A stretch of 64,000 nt of DNA from Camelus dromedarius (taxonomy: Eukaryota), in NCBI RefSeq assembly GCF_036321535.1, contig NC_087472.1, forward strand, positions 101,682,001-101,746,000. Reading direction: 5' to 3'. The translations under genes and the position numbers were made by a program. Below the pieces are notes generated by a model that was not told where the DNA came from, did not search any database, and saw only the letters and a program-made list of their open reading frames with translations. Each line of letters starts with the position of its first letter. The stretch's first letter is position 1. Of this stretch, positions 48,896 through 61,879 are shown piece after piece.

Positions 48896-49719
48896 TGAGA
48901 AGCCCTAGCACATCCAGGAAGAGCTCAAAGGTCTCTCTCTTCTTCTCAAAGCCACCAGGTGAGCAGTCCTTGTCAACCATCCCTGCCTCCCACCCACCCC
49001 CACCAGCCAGCCATCCCTCATTTCTAGACTTGCATGGAGTCCAGAGGGAACAGCGGTCTTTTTTTAAAAAAAATCCCCTGTGGTGCTCCAGCCTCTCTTG
49101 GAAAAGAAAAACATCAATTCTTAGTCATCCCTCCTAAGTAACAGGGTGCAAAAAAAGCCACAATATTTTCTAAAATCTCCTTTTTGTCACCATTTCAACT
49201 GCAACTTCCTACCAAATCTTCTTTCCAGAAACACTTGAAGCAGCAAAAGAAATGACGGATCTGAGTTTTATTTCTTCTATTTCCTCCATAGTGGGTCTAA
49301 AAAGTGGGGAAATAGCCCCAAACGCAGGTAATGGATGAGAAAAGAGGGGGCAAGTGAGAGAAGTAAATGAAAGCAAGGTCTAAACACCAGCCGCTGAAAA
49401 CTCAACCAAATTATTGACAGATGCTGGCCGCTGAGGCCAACATGGTAGCCCCATGAAGAAAGGAGGGGGGCGGTGCCCTTGGCAATTTTCAGCAAAGCAA
49501 ACACCATAACTTCCTCATTCTGCAATTCTAGAACCCATTTTTTTTTCTTTTTTGGAAGAGAGATTAACGTCACTAAATAATAGAAGACCTACATTCTTGA
49601 AAATTTAATGACTGTCCTACATCAAGCAGCTGTCAAATTTATTTGCTTGTTTTCCTGACAAAGTGTTTCATCCTAAACGTTCACAGGGGGTCTTGCCTTC
49701 ATCAGTCTCAAGTCACCAA

Positions 49720-49741
49720 GGGGGAGGGGGTGGGGGAGGGG
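49720..49741 (+). other. G-quadruplex motif G5AG5TG5AG4
   Basis: Four G-tracts separated by 1-nt loops. Confidence 0.7.
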
Positions 49742-50949
49742 AGAGGCAACTCAGAAAAAGCAGGAAATCCCAATTTTCTAATTAACCCCTTAATGTCGAA
49801 GACCCCAGATCAGCCTGCGTTTCCCCCCAAGCAATTCCACAGAAATCCCAGAGCAGAGGATAAACCAGACCCAGGCAATCTCATTTTACTTTGCTGGAAT
49901 TATTAGTCAATTCCAACAGGATTTTATTATGTCTCTGAGTTTTCTCTCTTCCTTTAGTTCACTCCACGACTGGTGGTCCCAGTGCCCTAAATGCCGCGCC
50001 CTTCAAGGTGGCTTCTTTGGCTCCCCTTCCCCACCCCCAGCCCACTCCAAGTCCAGTCTTTCTTCCCACCTCTGGTGGGGGGCTCTCTACTATCAGCCCT
50101 TTGATGCAAGTGCTCATTCCTTCCCCAGCCCCAGCCCTCCACTTTCCTCCCCAACCATCGACTTGGCCCAGTTCTCTTTCCACACTTTTAGTCGTCTCTG
50201 GGAATAATCCCAGGAATAGGTGCTATCATTACTAGTAACCTGAGCTCAGTCCTTAACCACACAAGCCACTGCTGCTGCTGCTGTATGAGGAGGGATATTT
50301 AAATTGCCCCCTGCTCCCTGTCTCCCCGGTAACCGCATTCAAAGTTGCACCTTTGAGACCAGCCCTTTGTTCCAGTATTATGTATGCATGGTCCCAGGAG
50401 GCAAGAGAGGGTGAAACTCAAATTTCTTCACTGGGCATGAGAGCTAGCCCCTGCCCTAGAAACTAATGATTAAACTTCATTTGTAATTACAGGGGAATTT
50501 GAACTAGGCATGCTCTCCCATTTCCTCCCTGCCCTTCCTGCCCTAGTGGTCCCGGCTCTGGCAAGACTGGCCATTAAAGTTCAACTGGGTTTCAAACAGA
50601 GAGGCAGTTCCTGGCATGCAAGCGTCAATCATCATCCATGTACTTCTTAGTGTCGCCTGTTAGCCAAGCTTCAGATATGAGTAAAGAAGTCCACATGAGC
50701 AAAAAATTTCTGGAGAGAAGAAAGACATTTGTTTCCTGTTCTTAGTTACTATTAATAGCATTAACTTCTCTTTGGAGGCTGATCTGGAAAATGAGGAGAA
50801 AGAAGGAGGCTGTCTTGGGGGGCAGCCCCTCCCAGAATCAAGCTCCAGTCTTTCCTCTGCAGGAGACAGGAAAGTGACTGACAAGCTGTGTTCCCCACAC
50901 CTGCAACCATTCCCCACACCTCCTGCCGCTGAGGTCCCTTGCTTAACTT

Positions 50950-51166
50950 GATGTCTCTAGTCCACAGCAGTTATCAGTTTGTAACACACAATATACTTTA
51001 CATACTCATTATGTTAATTATTGATGGTCTGTCTCCTACTACGTGTTTGCCGTTGCCATGAGGGCGGGGATTCCATCTGCTGTGCTCACTGGAATAATGC
51101 CAGTACCCAGAGTAGTACGAGGTACACAGTAGGTGCTCAGTGATATCTGTTGAGTGAATCAATGAA
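50950..51166 (+). mobile_element. L2 3' end
   Basis: ccatgagggcgggga...gctcactg...ggtacacagtaggtgctcagtgatatctgttgagtgaatcaatgaa. Confidence 0.85.
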
Positions 51167-51369
51167 GACCACAGACGAAGAAACGTTAGGCTCAGAACCT
51201 AAAGAGAACTGTCCATTCCAAATCAGAATACGGCATTAAAGATGCTGCAAAAAAGGGACCCTATTATAGGTCTACACAGAGTCTTTCCCCTCTTTTATCC
51301 TGGCACTGAGAGAGAGTAGGGAAACAGGGCAGGATAAGGAATATAACTGGGAAAATATTTTTAGGTTCT

Positions 51370-51812
51370 TGTCCTATTTTGGGTTCCTCGAAAAAGCAGC
51401 CCCTGAATGGATGATTCTAGAAAGCTCAGCAAGAGGGGAAGGGGGAGCGGGTGGTAAGACAGGGGAAGGGAGGAAGCCAGTGTGAGTCACTGTGGGTGAT
51501 GGGAGCTCAATTCTGCAGGGGACCCTCTGAAAGAGGGTGGAGCCCATCTCTGGGGGGAGGAAGATTCTAGGGTATGCTTAGTTGAAGGTGTGTGTGTGTG
51601 TGTGTGTATAGAGTATGCTTAGTTGAAGGTGTGTGTGTGTGTGTGTGTATAGAGGTGTGGAGCACATTCCTGCAGCCCAGAGAAAGCCCCCCAACAGAGA
51701 GTCCGCAGTGGGTGCACTCAGCAAGGAGCTGGAGGTGTGCAGCAGATTGTCTACTGAGCTACAGGTGACCTGGGGGGGGCGGGGGGGCAGGGCGCCGAGT
51801 TCAGCTGCTACA
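51370..51812 (-). mobile_element. ERVL LTR33/LTR16-like solo LTR
   Basis: tgtcctattttgggttcctcgaaaaagcagcccctga...agacaggggaagggaggaagcca...ggagctcaattctgcaggggaccctctg...gctaca. Confidence 0.75.
51572..51653. repeat. Perfect 41-bp tandem duplication containing (GT)10
   Basis: gtatgcttagttgaag(gt)10ataga present twice, at 51572-51612 and 51613-51653. Confidence 0.95.
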
Positions 51813-52859
51813 CTGCACTCCATTTCCTTCTGGACCCAGTCCACCTACACGAAGAGGCGTAATTGGTTTTGTTCTTTGTTAGTTGTCACGTCAGCCTGTC
51901 TCTCATTAGCCTGGTTGCCTGATGTTTAGATTTTTCCTCTCCTCATCAATAAAAGCAATTGAAGTGTTTCCTTTGGGGGAGAAAAAAGAGAGCGAGCAAG
52001 AGAATGGAATCCTGTGGTGCTTGAGAAAGACAGGAGAAACAAGGCTGCTTCTAAATCAAAATAGCATTAAGACAAAAAATAGGAAATAAAATTCCCTGCA
52101 GAAAGTTCCGCTTTTTCTCATTCATTGTTAACTCTCTAAAATAAAGCACTCTATAAATATGAAACACTGGGATGTTTGCAGAACATCAGCCTACTCAAGT
52201 TCACAACATGACACACATTCCTGAGACGCTAACTGTAAATTGTGTCATGTACTGAGAATTATTTTTTTCCCACTTCTTACTTGCTTTTAAAATGCAAGAT
52301 TTCCTGGCCAAAACAATCTGATCGGGGGAAGTGTTTCTTGCCTAGAAATGGTAATAAATGTTTAAAACGAATTTGAATTTCACCAGGCTTACAGATCTGA
52401 ATTTGATTTCCTGCCACTGAACTTTTGGCTGCGATCGTTTACCGAGTGAGTTATTGGATCTGCCTAGCACACACCTTGCCCACGGGCACGAACTCACACT
52501 CACACACAACCACACACAGTAGGGGGTTGGAGGAGCATCATCTCTGGGCTCCAATGAAGCTCTTAAAACCCCCTCTCCAACACGACAGGAAATGGAAGCA
52601 GTATCGTGAGACAGGTAACGGCCAACACCTCTTGAACACGATGTGCCAGGCGCAGCTGTAAGTAGGGTCTCCATTTTTGACAGAGACATAATTTACTCAA
52701 GAAATATCTTAGACAGACAGATCTAAGAACGGTTGTAATACTAGTTTTGATTATTTCATACTGCCAATTGATTTTAGGCTGTATGTCAGAATGCATTCTA
52801 GCCTTACTTATAGCTGCTAACAGCTATTATTAAATACGAATCTATACTATTTACGCTCT

Positions 52860-53050
52860 GACCATTTTGACATGTCAGAACTCAATCCACACACCCTATG
52901 CAACCAATCTCTTGTAGTCCCACTTTACAAAAGGGAAAACTAAGACAGAGAAGTGAAATTACTTGCTCAAGGTTACACAACCTGTAAGGGGCAAAGTCAG
53001 CATTTGAACTGGACAGTTGGGCTGGAAGCTGGCTTTCTTAACTATCAAGC
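52860..53050 (-). mobile_element. MIR SINE
   Basis: cccactttacaaaagggaaaactaagacagagaagtgaaattacttgctcaaggttacacaa...gcatttgaact. Confidence 0.8.
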
Positions 53051-53374
53051 AACCCAGTGCTAGGATGCAGGAGGGATGGATCCTAGTCCAGGCTCTACCT
53101 CTACCCATGTGTGACCTTGATGTGGTATGTAATCCCTCTGGGTCTTGTATCTGAGCGCATGCTTCATAGTTCTTGGGTCTATACACTTCTCTGATCATTT
53201 TCAACAGCTGGAAAATGCTAAAAGTCTTTAATATGAGATATTGAATGTTGGCAAAATTAAAAGGCATCATTAATCCTAGCACCATTCATTACGGCTGTTA
53301 TCACCTCAACTTTGCACACCCTTCATCAGCATTTATGAAGTGCGTACAGCATATGTAACAGACATAGTTTATAT

Positions 53375-53478
53375 CACTTCTAGGATAAGAGTGGTATCTC
53401 ACTCATCTTTTTATCTTTCATGACTAGCACAGTAGCACCTAACTGGTAGTCAAACAAGTTTGTTTAATGAATGAATAG
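53375..53478 (+). mobile_element. L2 3' tail
   Basis: actcatctttttatctttcatgactagcacagt...aaacaagtttgtttaatgaatgaa. Confidence 0.65.
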
Positions 53479-55624
53479 CTGAAAAATAAATCTGGGCATA
53501 TATATTCCACTGAACTGCAGACCTATCGAACTACAAGAGTTTTTAGAAATACTCTAACTCTCCACTTCCACCACTTTGTGGAGATGAGGAAACGGAAAGA
53601 GCTTCATGAAGTTGAGAAGGTAGGACAAGGGACAGAAGATAGAGTGAGGACAACATCGACAGGTTTCTAACTCCACCCAAGTCAGTTCCTGCACTTCTCC
53701 CTTTTGGTATTTGAAGGCAACTTTCAGCACGTCAGCTAACAAACCAGGCACACCTTCCAAAGTCAAACGTGAATAATTTCTGAGGTGTTGGCAATTTTTT
53801 GGGCACTTTCTAACAGGATGAAAAATTGAGGTTGGAATTATATTTCATTCACTCTAGACCAAATTTTAAAATTTAGGTGACTAAGGGCATACAGATGTTT
53901 GCATCTAAGCCTGCTTTAAGACAGTCATCAGATTTCATTTCTTAATGTAGGCACCTAATAGAAGAGGTGTTTGACCAAATCAAAATGAAGAAGGTTCCAT
54001 TTAACATTTAAATAGTGAAATCTCAGTAACCCTAGGGATATGGAGCATGGAGGTTCCAGAATGTTGGCATCTTCAGAGGTCATCTTCATTTCCTCATGTA
54101 TCTAAACCTTTTCTCAAATTAGGTCCATGAGGATTTTAATGGATCTATCACAATTCTCTAGGCTCCTAGTTATCACTCATGAATTCTGATTATGGTTCAA
54201 CCAACTTATAAGGCTACTTATTGAGACACTGGGGGAGGTGATGGACCCTGGAAGTTTTGGGTTTAAGGCTAAGGGCAGAAACGTTAGCTACACTAAACAA
54301 CTGTAAGGGATTTCACGCCTCTTCCATTTGCTCTTCCCACTGGCAGGGTAATTAGGAGAAGGAAGAAAACCAGAGAAAGATGTCAGGTCCCAAATCCCAA
54401 CCTTGGGCAACTGAGGTCCACCATAGAAACTTTTCTTTCCTTCTTTGTTTATCCACCCGTCTGTGAGCTGGGAGGAGAACGAATATATTATTTGTTTTCC
54501 TTGAAGCTTTCCTTCTGATGAGAGATTCTGGGAATGCCTCAAGGCTAGGTAAGTGCCCATCCCTCAACCTTAAAAAGATGTAAATGGAACAGACCTGGAT
54601 GGGGTCCATCAGGTCGCCTCTCCTCAACACTGCTCCTTGTGAAAGGGAAAACAATCGCGCATTTATCCTCACCACTGACAGTGTGCACATGGGTTTTCTT
54701 AATGGCACTTGCGACACGTTTATTTATCCTCTTTGGTGTTTGGGGCCTGTGCTTTTCACATCTTTTCCAGCTGTATGGGGCAAGTCTATTGGTAACCTCC
54801 TATTTTTTTCAAACTGCTTCTCTTACCCTGGGTTGTTTATTTGGTTTTTTAAATAATTTAAACCACACAAGTAACCCTTGGGAGAAGGGTTATTTAATCA
54901 AGGGAAAGTTGTTTAGCACACTGTCCATGAGATCCTCCCATAGTTCACCCCTTGGCCAGGACAAAGGTGGGGGCGGGACAGGAAAAAATAAGATTTGCCT
55001 TGTATCGATCTTTCTCAAAAAAATTCAAGGAATGCCTGGAAGGTGGAAAGAGACTAAAATCTATCCTCCTCTTTACTTTTATCAGAGAAGTCTCTAGTAA
55101 CAGAAAGGAGAAATGAACTTCCAACGGTGCCAAGCTAAGTTCTCAAATGGACACTGAATTCGCCTATTGGTTCACACTCTGTAATATTAAGTTATCTGAG
55201 GGTGAATCTATACATGACTGACTATGCTGTGGCTCTCGGATTTGAGTCTCGGAGGTGCGTGAGGACAGCGAGGGAGTAGTGTATTAAGTATCTATAAATG
55301 CAATTTAGGGAATAGCGTTTCTTGGATACTCTGGACAATAAGAGAACTACTGAACACCTCACTCTGCACGAGAACCAACTGCGACAGGCACCAACCTTTC
55401 TTGCTGCACGATGGATCTGTGCACTCCTGTCACTGAAATGCCCATGAGGGCACAACTATCTGGAATGAGAGAGGCCCAGGCTGGGGTCTGAAGCACAAGA
55501 TGGCAGGTGACAGTGTACACAGAAGACTTTCAGCAACCAGGGAAGTGAAGCAAGATGCTCTCCAGCTGTAACTTGTCATATCTCCAAATACACATCCCAG
55601 ACATTCCAGAGACACCAGCTGTTT

Positions 55625-56292
55625 GCCCATCAACCAACATTAACCACACACTGACCACGAGCCAGACCCTGTGCTAAGCCATATAAATGTGATTATGAGC
55701 TTGCAGTTTAGTGGGGGAAGTAGAATGAAAGCCAGAACCTAACCAAATGAATAAAAATACTTCTCAATTGTGAGACAGTCATTGAAGGAGAAAAAGAGGA
55801 TGCTGAGCTACAGAGAAAGGGGAATGGTGGGGACAGTGTACTATGAGCAGGGCACTGAAGGAGAAGTGATGGAGAGAGAGCAGAGGTACCAGCATGTACG
55901 GATGTTCTGGTGTAAGAAAGAGCTCACATGTCCTTAAAACTGGGTGACTGACAGCTTGGAGGGGGAATGCTGGGCTGGGGGAGCTCCGCAAGGCTCAGAG
56001 CCGGACAGGTGGATGGAGTTGGGTCTTACAGGCCACGGCGAGGATCTTGGATTTCATTCTAAGCACAATGGGAAGGGAATAAAGAGTCTGTAGGGGGGCA
56101 GGCTGTCGTGCGGCCCATGAGTGAAAGGATCACTTTAATGATTGTGTGCAAAATGGACTGTCGCCAGCTACAGTGGACACAGGGAGGCCAGAGAGGAGGT
56201 GATTTCTGTGGTCCAGGCAAGAGGAGGGGGTGGCCTGGTCTTGGGCTGTGGTGCTAGAGGCAGAGAAAAGGAGGAGGACGTGAGTGAATTCT
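55625..56292 (-). mobile_element. L2 LINE fragment
   Basis: gccagaccctgtgctaag...aggccacggcgaggatcttggatttcattctaag...gtggtccaggcaagagga...ggcctgg. Confidence 0.85.
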
Positions 56293-57067
56293 CTTCTCCC
56301 CTTGTCACTGTCTCTTCTCATGATGAATGGATGCTGTGGTAAAACAGATCCTCAGGTCTAGATCCTGGGAACTGGGGCTGTTATCTGCCTCAGCTCTCCA
56401 TCTGTTAACAGAGGATGAAACAGCACTGACCACACAGGGTTAAGACTTGCTTAGACAGGGCTTTAGAAATTGTTAGCTGTTATGACTGGGATAGCAGATA
56501 ACAGTAACTAATATTTCCTGATCACTCACAACGTGCCATACGCGTCACTTAGTGTTTCCCTCAAGAGCACTAAGACATACGGCAGACCCTCTGCGTTCTC
56601 CATGGCACCAGTACGAACATCCACCCAGCCTGCGTGCAGGGCGAAGGCCCTCTCTGGGATTGCCTTCTCAATGGACAGCTCCCCCAGATGACATTCTGGG
56701 ATTGGAAGAGTTGCGACACAGACACTTCTGTCCCATGTGCCTAGCAACTAGCTGGTGGTTTTCAGGTGAGCTGAACAATACACTGGGAAGGTGGGGTCTT
56801 ATCTCCTTGACCTTTGCAGTCACACAGGGCAGATCCCATGGAGAAGCTGAACTCATTTACTGCTTCAGAGGAGAGAAGACCTAAGGCTTGTGCTGGTGCT
56901 TCTGCAGTGTATCGTAGAGTTAGTGGGCCAGGAGGACCAGGAGGGGGTGCCTACAACTGTGTCTAGAAGGACAAGGAGAGGGAAAGAGGAAGGGAAAAAG
57001 ACACTTTTAATAGCTTTCTTCACACGTAGAACACTATGTGATTCACTCTGCCTTCTTTTATGGTGGC

Positions 57068-57247
57068 CCCTTTCCCCTCCCCCACCCTGTCTTCTTCCCT
57101 CTGCCTCCCTTTTCCTCCCTCCCCCCACTTTTCTTTTCCTCTTTTTCTCTCCCCTCTCCCCCATATCTCCCTCCCTCTCTCCCCCATATCTCCCTCCCTC
57201 TGTCTCTTTCATGTGTGCGCGGACACACACACACACACACACACACA
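57068..57247. repeat. Polypyrimidine tract with a 23-bp tandem duplication, followed by (AC)12
   Basis: ctctcccccatatctccctccct at 57154-57176 and 57177-57199; AC repeat at 57223-57246. Confidence 0.9.
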
Positions 57248-58319
57248 ATTAGCAACAGCTTCTTTTCTTCACTGGCTGCTCTCTCCCTGGGACTCAGGGG
57301 CATGGTGTCATGGACGGGGGTGGTGGAAGCTGGGGAACCCATCCATTTCCTCCTAGACAAAGGGCAGGGTGGACTTTGCAGGTTTATTTATTTTTTCCTT
57401 CAAAGCTATAGATCATTGCTGAGTGGATGAGACAGGGCATCACCCCAGTGCAGTCTGCGAGGGACACAGCCTGCGCGTCTGTGTGGGGGACCGAGCTGAG
57501 GGACAGGGAGAAGGAAACCAACTGTCGTTCTCATTTAGGTCATCCCAGAAAATGAAGTCAGCGGGTGGCAGGGGGACAGGCATCGCGACTCCCAGAGCAG
57601 AGCAACTGCCAAGCAATTCTGTCCTAGCTTCGCCTTCTGCCCAAGGCTTCCAATGGAGTCGCCCCATTCTCAGCCTTTCAAGTACCCAGCACACAACTGG
57701 TTACCGAGAAACACAGAGAATCAGACCACTCTTGGCCCGCGTGGGGACATTTCTTTTATGGCTTCTGTAATTATTTTTAAAGTAAATGAATTAACTCTAA
57801 GCCTCACCCTAGAGGCCAAATCTTCAGTTCCGTGTTAAGTAGAATCAAGATGAGAACTATTATTAGCTCCATATCAGAAAAGGTCATTTTGCTTTCACAT
57901 TGTGGAGCACAGAAAAGGACTTGGCTTGACAGGCAGATGAGCAGTCACAGTAACGTGACTCCAAGAGCTACATCTGGTGCCTGCTCAGTGCCTGGGTGGG
58001 CCTGGCAGCCCCCCAGTGAGTCACGGGGCCAAGCAAGGTGGGCAGAAGCCTGCTCCCAATGGCACAAGGCCAGCCCAAATCAGCAAGGTCCCACTGAGCC
58101 CAAGAAGGAATCCTCCATGTTTCCTCTCCCATAATCACAAGCTGTGACAGATCAGATAATCAAGTGTGTCAAGTGGCTTTTTAAAGGAATAAAGTCCTGG
58201 AATAAAAAAAAAAAAAACCCAATGCTAATCCTCTCTAAATCCCAGTGTCCTCACTCATCCAGCAGCATATGAGATGGAAGGCAATGAAGTCCAAACTCTC
58301 CCCCAGCTCTCAGCTTCTC

Positions 58320-58500
58320 TAATTCATTCACTCACTCATTCATTCATCCATCCATCCATCAACAAATGTACTGAGGAACAACCAGGAATGAAACCCTGTG
58401 GTATGTGCTGGGGAGGCCACGAGCAAAGCGAAAGACAGACTTTCTCTTCTCACGTAAGTCGAGCCCAGTAGGGGCTGATATACACAACATTAAAGAAATA
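58320..58500 (-). mobile_element. L2 3' tail
   Basis: attcattcactcactcattcattcatccatccatccatcaacaaatgtactgag. Confidence 0.75.
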
Positions 58501-59118
58501 ACTCACAAGAATTATTGTCATAAGTGCTAACTACAGCTTTCTTTAGATAATAAAGAAAAGGACTTCCTAAGCCATCTGCTTGAGATCAAAATAGATCTTT
58601 AGTGAAAGCATTAAGATAAAAAGTCAATGCCCACCATGTGTGGGGAAATTCTTAGTTTGAAATACCACCCCCCACCACCACTCTGACGGTGGGAAGTGGA
58701 GGCTTAAGGTATTCTCATTCACAGAACCACAGTGAGGAGTTGTGTCATGGTTAAAGTTAGCATGATTAAACGGGGTACACATGGGTGACATTGGTACGTG
58801 GCATATCTACAGGAACAGAACACGTGACGCATCCCCTACAGACAGATGCTATGTAGGTAGTCATACTGTAGACACCTGGCCTTTGTAGCTTTTATTCATA
58901 AGTTTCTGACCCTTTCTGGTGGCTTCCAAACATGGAAATCAGCAGTTTTCCTGAAGAATGTGACTGAATAGTGCCCACTGGGAGGCTGGTGCAAGGGCCT
59001 GAGACACTCGGCTAGTGAGTGATGCCAGCCAACAGTCCTGGGGACCATGGCTTTGCTGCTCTTTGTTTGAAGTCACCCTCTAATAGACTGTTAAAAACCA
59101 TAAGACCACCAATAGGTG

Positions 59119-59480
59119 TGCATCAGTTACCTACTGTTGCATAACAAACCATCCCAAAACTGAGCGGCTTAAAACAACAATGACTTATTATTTCTCATGA
59201 TGATGTGGGTCCGCTGAGCGATTCTGCTGGTTTCATCTGGCCTCAGTCATTTGACTGGATTTAGCTGGAGGGTCAGCAGACTAGAAGGTCCAGCATGTCT
59301 GGCTGATGGTGTTGGCTGTGAGCAGGGTGGCTTAGCTCTCCTCCACACAGCCACTTCCATCACATTCTGTTGCTCAGAGTAAGTCACCAGGTCAGCCCAG
59401 AGTCAACTGGGTGGAGAATAGACTCCACCCCTTAATGGGAATCGCTGCAAAGAATCTGTGGCCATATTGAATTTACCACA
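59119..59480 (-). mobile_element. MLT1 (MLT1H-like) complete solo LTR
   Basis: TG...CA termini with TSD aggtg/gggtg; gcataacaaaccatcccaaaactgagcggcttaaaacaacaa; atagactccacccctt. Confidence 0.9.
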
Positions 59481-59670
59481 GGGTGAGAGAGAAATCTTGA
59501 GGGGAATTTTGCAATGCGGTTAGCTTGTGATATGAGGCTCTGCATGGAAAACACTGGACTTGCCTTAGCAATGTGACTGAGAACAGTCCTGAGCCTGAAC
59601 AAACATCTCCACACTCCAGAACGGGGGAGTTCTGAAAGGTGTTCAGGACATATCCCTTAAGACTGTGTGT

Positions 59671-59750
59671 TTAGGTTGAACCATATGAAAAGTGCTGATA
59701 TTTGACCATTGGAGCCTCAAAAAGTGACAATTTAATATGCTCTAACCTAA
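59671..59750. mobile_element. MADE2 (mariner-derived MITE, 80 bp)
   Basis: ttaggttgaaccatatgaaa ... tttaatatgctctaacctaa: inverted termini matching the recalled MADE2 consensus. Confidence 0.85.
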
Positions 59751-60001
59751 CACATGCTGGAAAAAAAAATCCCATCTGATTTAGAGCTGTTAGAGAACGG
59801 AGTGCCCTGGGAAGATGACTACCTCGCTTGGTTACTTGAACGTTGCCAATTCCCTTCTGCACACCACACATGGAATCATTCCAGTGAAATGCTCATGCCT
59901 GATTCTGAAGACTTATAAGAGTCATCATTTAAAACCCCCAAAATGCACAGAGCAGTACAGTGAGTGTTGGATTCTAGGACCCCCTAGGCCTAGATCTAGG
60001 C

Positions 60002-60213
60002 CAGTGGCTCTCAATCAGGGGTGATTTTGCCCCTCAGGGGATATGAGCGATGTCTGGAGATATTTTTGAATGCAACATCTCGGGGGAGATGACAACTGGT
60101 ATCAAGCGGTTAGAGGCCAGGGATGCTGTTAAACATCTGTTCTCAAGACAGTCCACCACAGCAAAGAACTACCTGGTTCTAAATGTCACTAGTGCCAAAG
60201 TTAAGAAACCCTG
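60002..60213 (+). mobile_element. MER20 hAT-Charlie element, full length
   Basis: cagtggctctcaatcaggggtgattttgcccc...tagaggccagggatgctgttaaacatc...aagaaaccctg; 8-bp TSD atctaggc/gtctaggg. Confidence 0.92.
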
Positions 60214-61619
60214 GTCTAGGGAAATGAGAAGTCAGCTCCCACATCCAACTTCTAGTCCCTCCTCTTTAGTAGGAAACAAGACAACTGTTTTCAGGGTTCT
60301 GTCTACTTCTGAAATTCTTCTGATCACATATCTGCAATGTCAATGGAATACTTTGAGTTTTCTTTTGTTTCTTTCGAGTTTTCTGATTATTTAAAATTTG
60401 CATGAATAATATGCCCAGGGCTGTGTGTATCTAAATGGCCAGTTAGGATCAGTTAGTCTAAGGAGATTAGATGAGCTTTAGGAACAAACACAGTCAGAAG
60501 ACACTGAGTCTAGGAGAACACATCCTGTTGGAAAGACACACATCTGTGCCAAACTTTACAGAATAAGCACACTGCGGCCCTGAAGATGTGTCCCCACCTA
60601 CATGTCACCTCGCCCGCCACCCCTCCTTGAGGTGCTTTTCCTCTCCCGCCCCGTGGCTCCATCACACACACTTGCCACCCACAGAAAGCAGCCCCAGCCC
60701 CTCCTTCTTAGTTTGCCATTCAACCTCTCATCACCCACCAATCCTAGAGAATGACAAAAATGCTCTTGCGTGACTGATCGACCCTGTGAGGCTTTTGTGG
60801 TTAAGATATAAAGTTCCTGAAAAAACCTTACTGAATCTGAACAGGACTGCAGTGACATCAAAGCTTTTCCCCTTCAATGCCTTTCATCTTTCTCAGCCTC
60901 TGGTGCTCTCCCCACCAGCATCAAGTCAATTAATTGAAAAGTCATTAGCAGGGCCCTCTGCTGTGAAGGCCTACCTCGTCAGCTCCAGATCTGGGTCTTT
61001 TCAGAAACAACAGAAGGGTCCAACGGCCTCCACAGTATTGGTCCTTCTCCCACCTCTACCCGCTTCTCTTCTCGGCAGGGACTGGTCCGAGGAAGTAGCA
61101 GAGAGGGGGAGGGAGGCCTCTCATCCCATCAAACATTTATTCAGTGCCCACTTGGCGCCAGGCATCACAACTGAACCTGGCCCAGTGCCCATCCTAAAAC
61201 ATCATCTCATCCTTGTTTCCCTACCTAGCTGTGGCATCGTCAGATCAGATGCTTTCTCTGTCAGTTTCTACTGCATTGCAGATGTCTGACCTGCAGCCTC
61301 AGATACGGAATCCCAAGTCACTGCTCTTACAAAATGCACACAACAGTCACAAGGAGAACCCAGCCAGGGCTGCCTGGGCACAAAGCATGGCACAGAAGGA
61401 GCTGAAGGAGCCTGCTTTGCTATGGGGAGTTACTATCCAGAGCACAATGCATTGAGTTGCCGGCACCCCATTTTAACATTTCCCGACTGAAATTCTAGAG
61501 AAAAGGCTTCCCTTGTTGGTCCATAGGCAGAATTTTAGGGATTCAGGCAAGTATACTCCCAAATATGCAGGAACTTTGGATTCTACTGAAAGGTATAAAA
61601 ATCTAGAATTTTGTACCTG

Positions 61620-61732
61620 CTTCTTTTTAAATGTAGGTGTCATTCACATAGAATGAAATGCACAGATCTGAAATGTACAATATGAGTAATTTTGACAAAT
61701 GTTTATTCTATGGAAGCCACACCACTATCCTC
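61620..61732 (-). mobile_element. Old L1M 3' end fragment
   Basis: attcacatagaatgaaatgcacagatctgaaatgtacaatatgagtaattttgacaaatg. Confidence 0.75.
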
Positions 61733-61879
61733 TGGCTTTTGAAAATCTCCTTCTTTAAACATTTTTGTTTGTTATTCCAAATCTATTACAGTCTATTAAA
61801 GGGTAGAAATGTTTATAGAGACCATAACTGTGAGAAAGTCTCCCTCCTCAACAACCTATATGCCTTCCCCTATGTGACT

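Noticed and set aside
60050..60394. 114-aa ORF
   Set aside because: Largely a translation of the non-coding MER20 element
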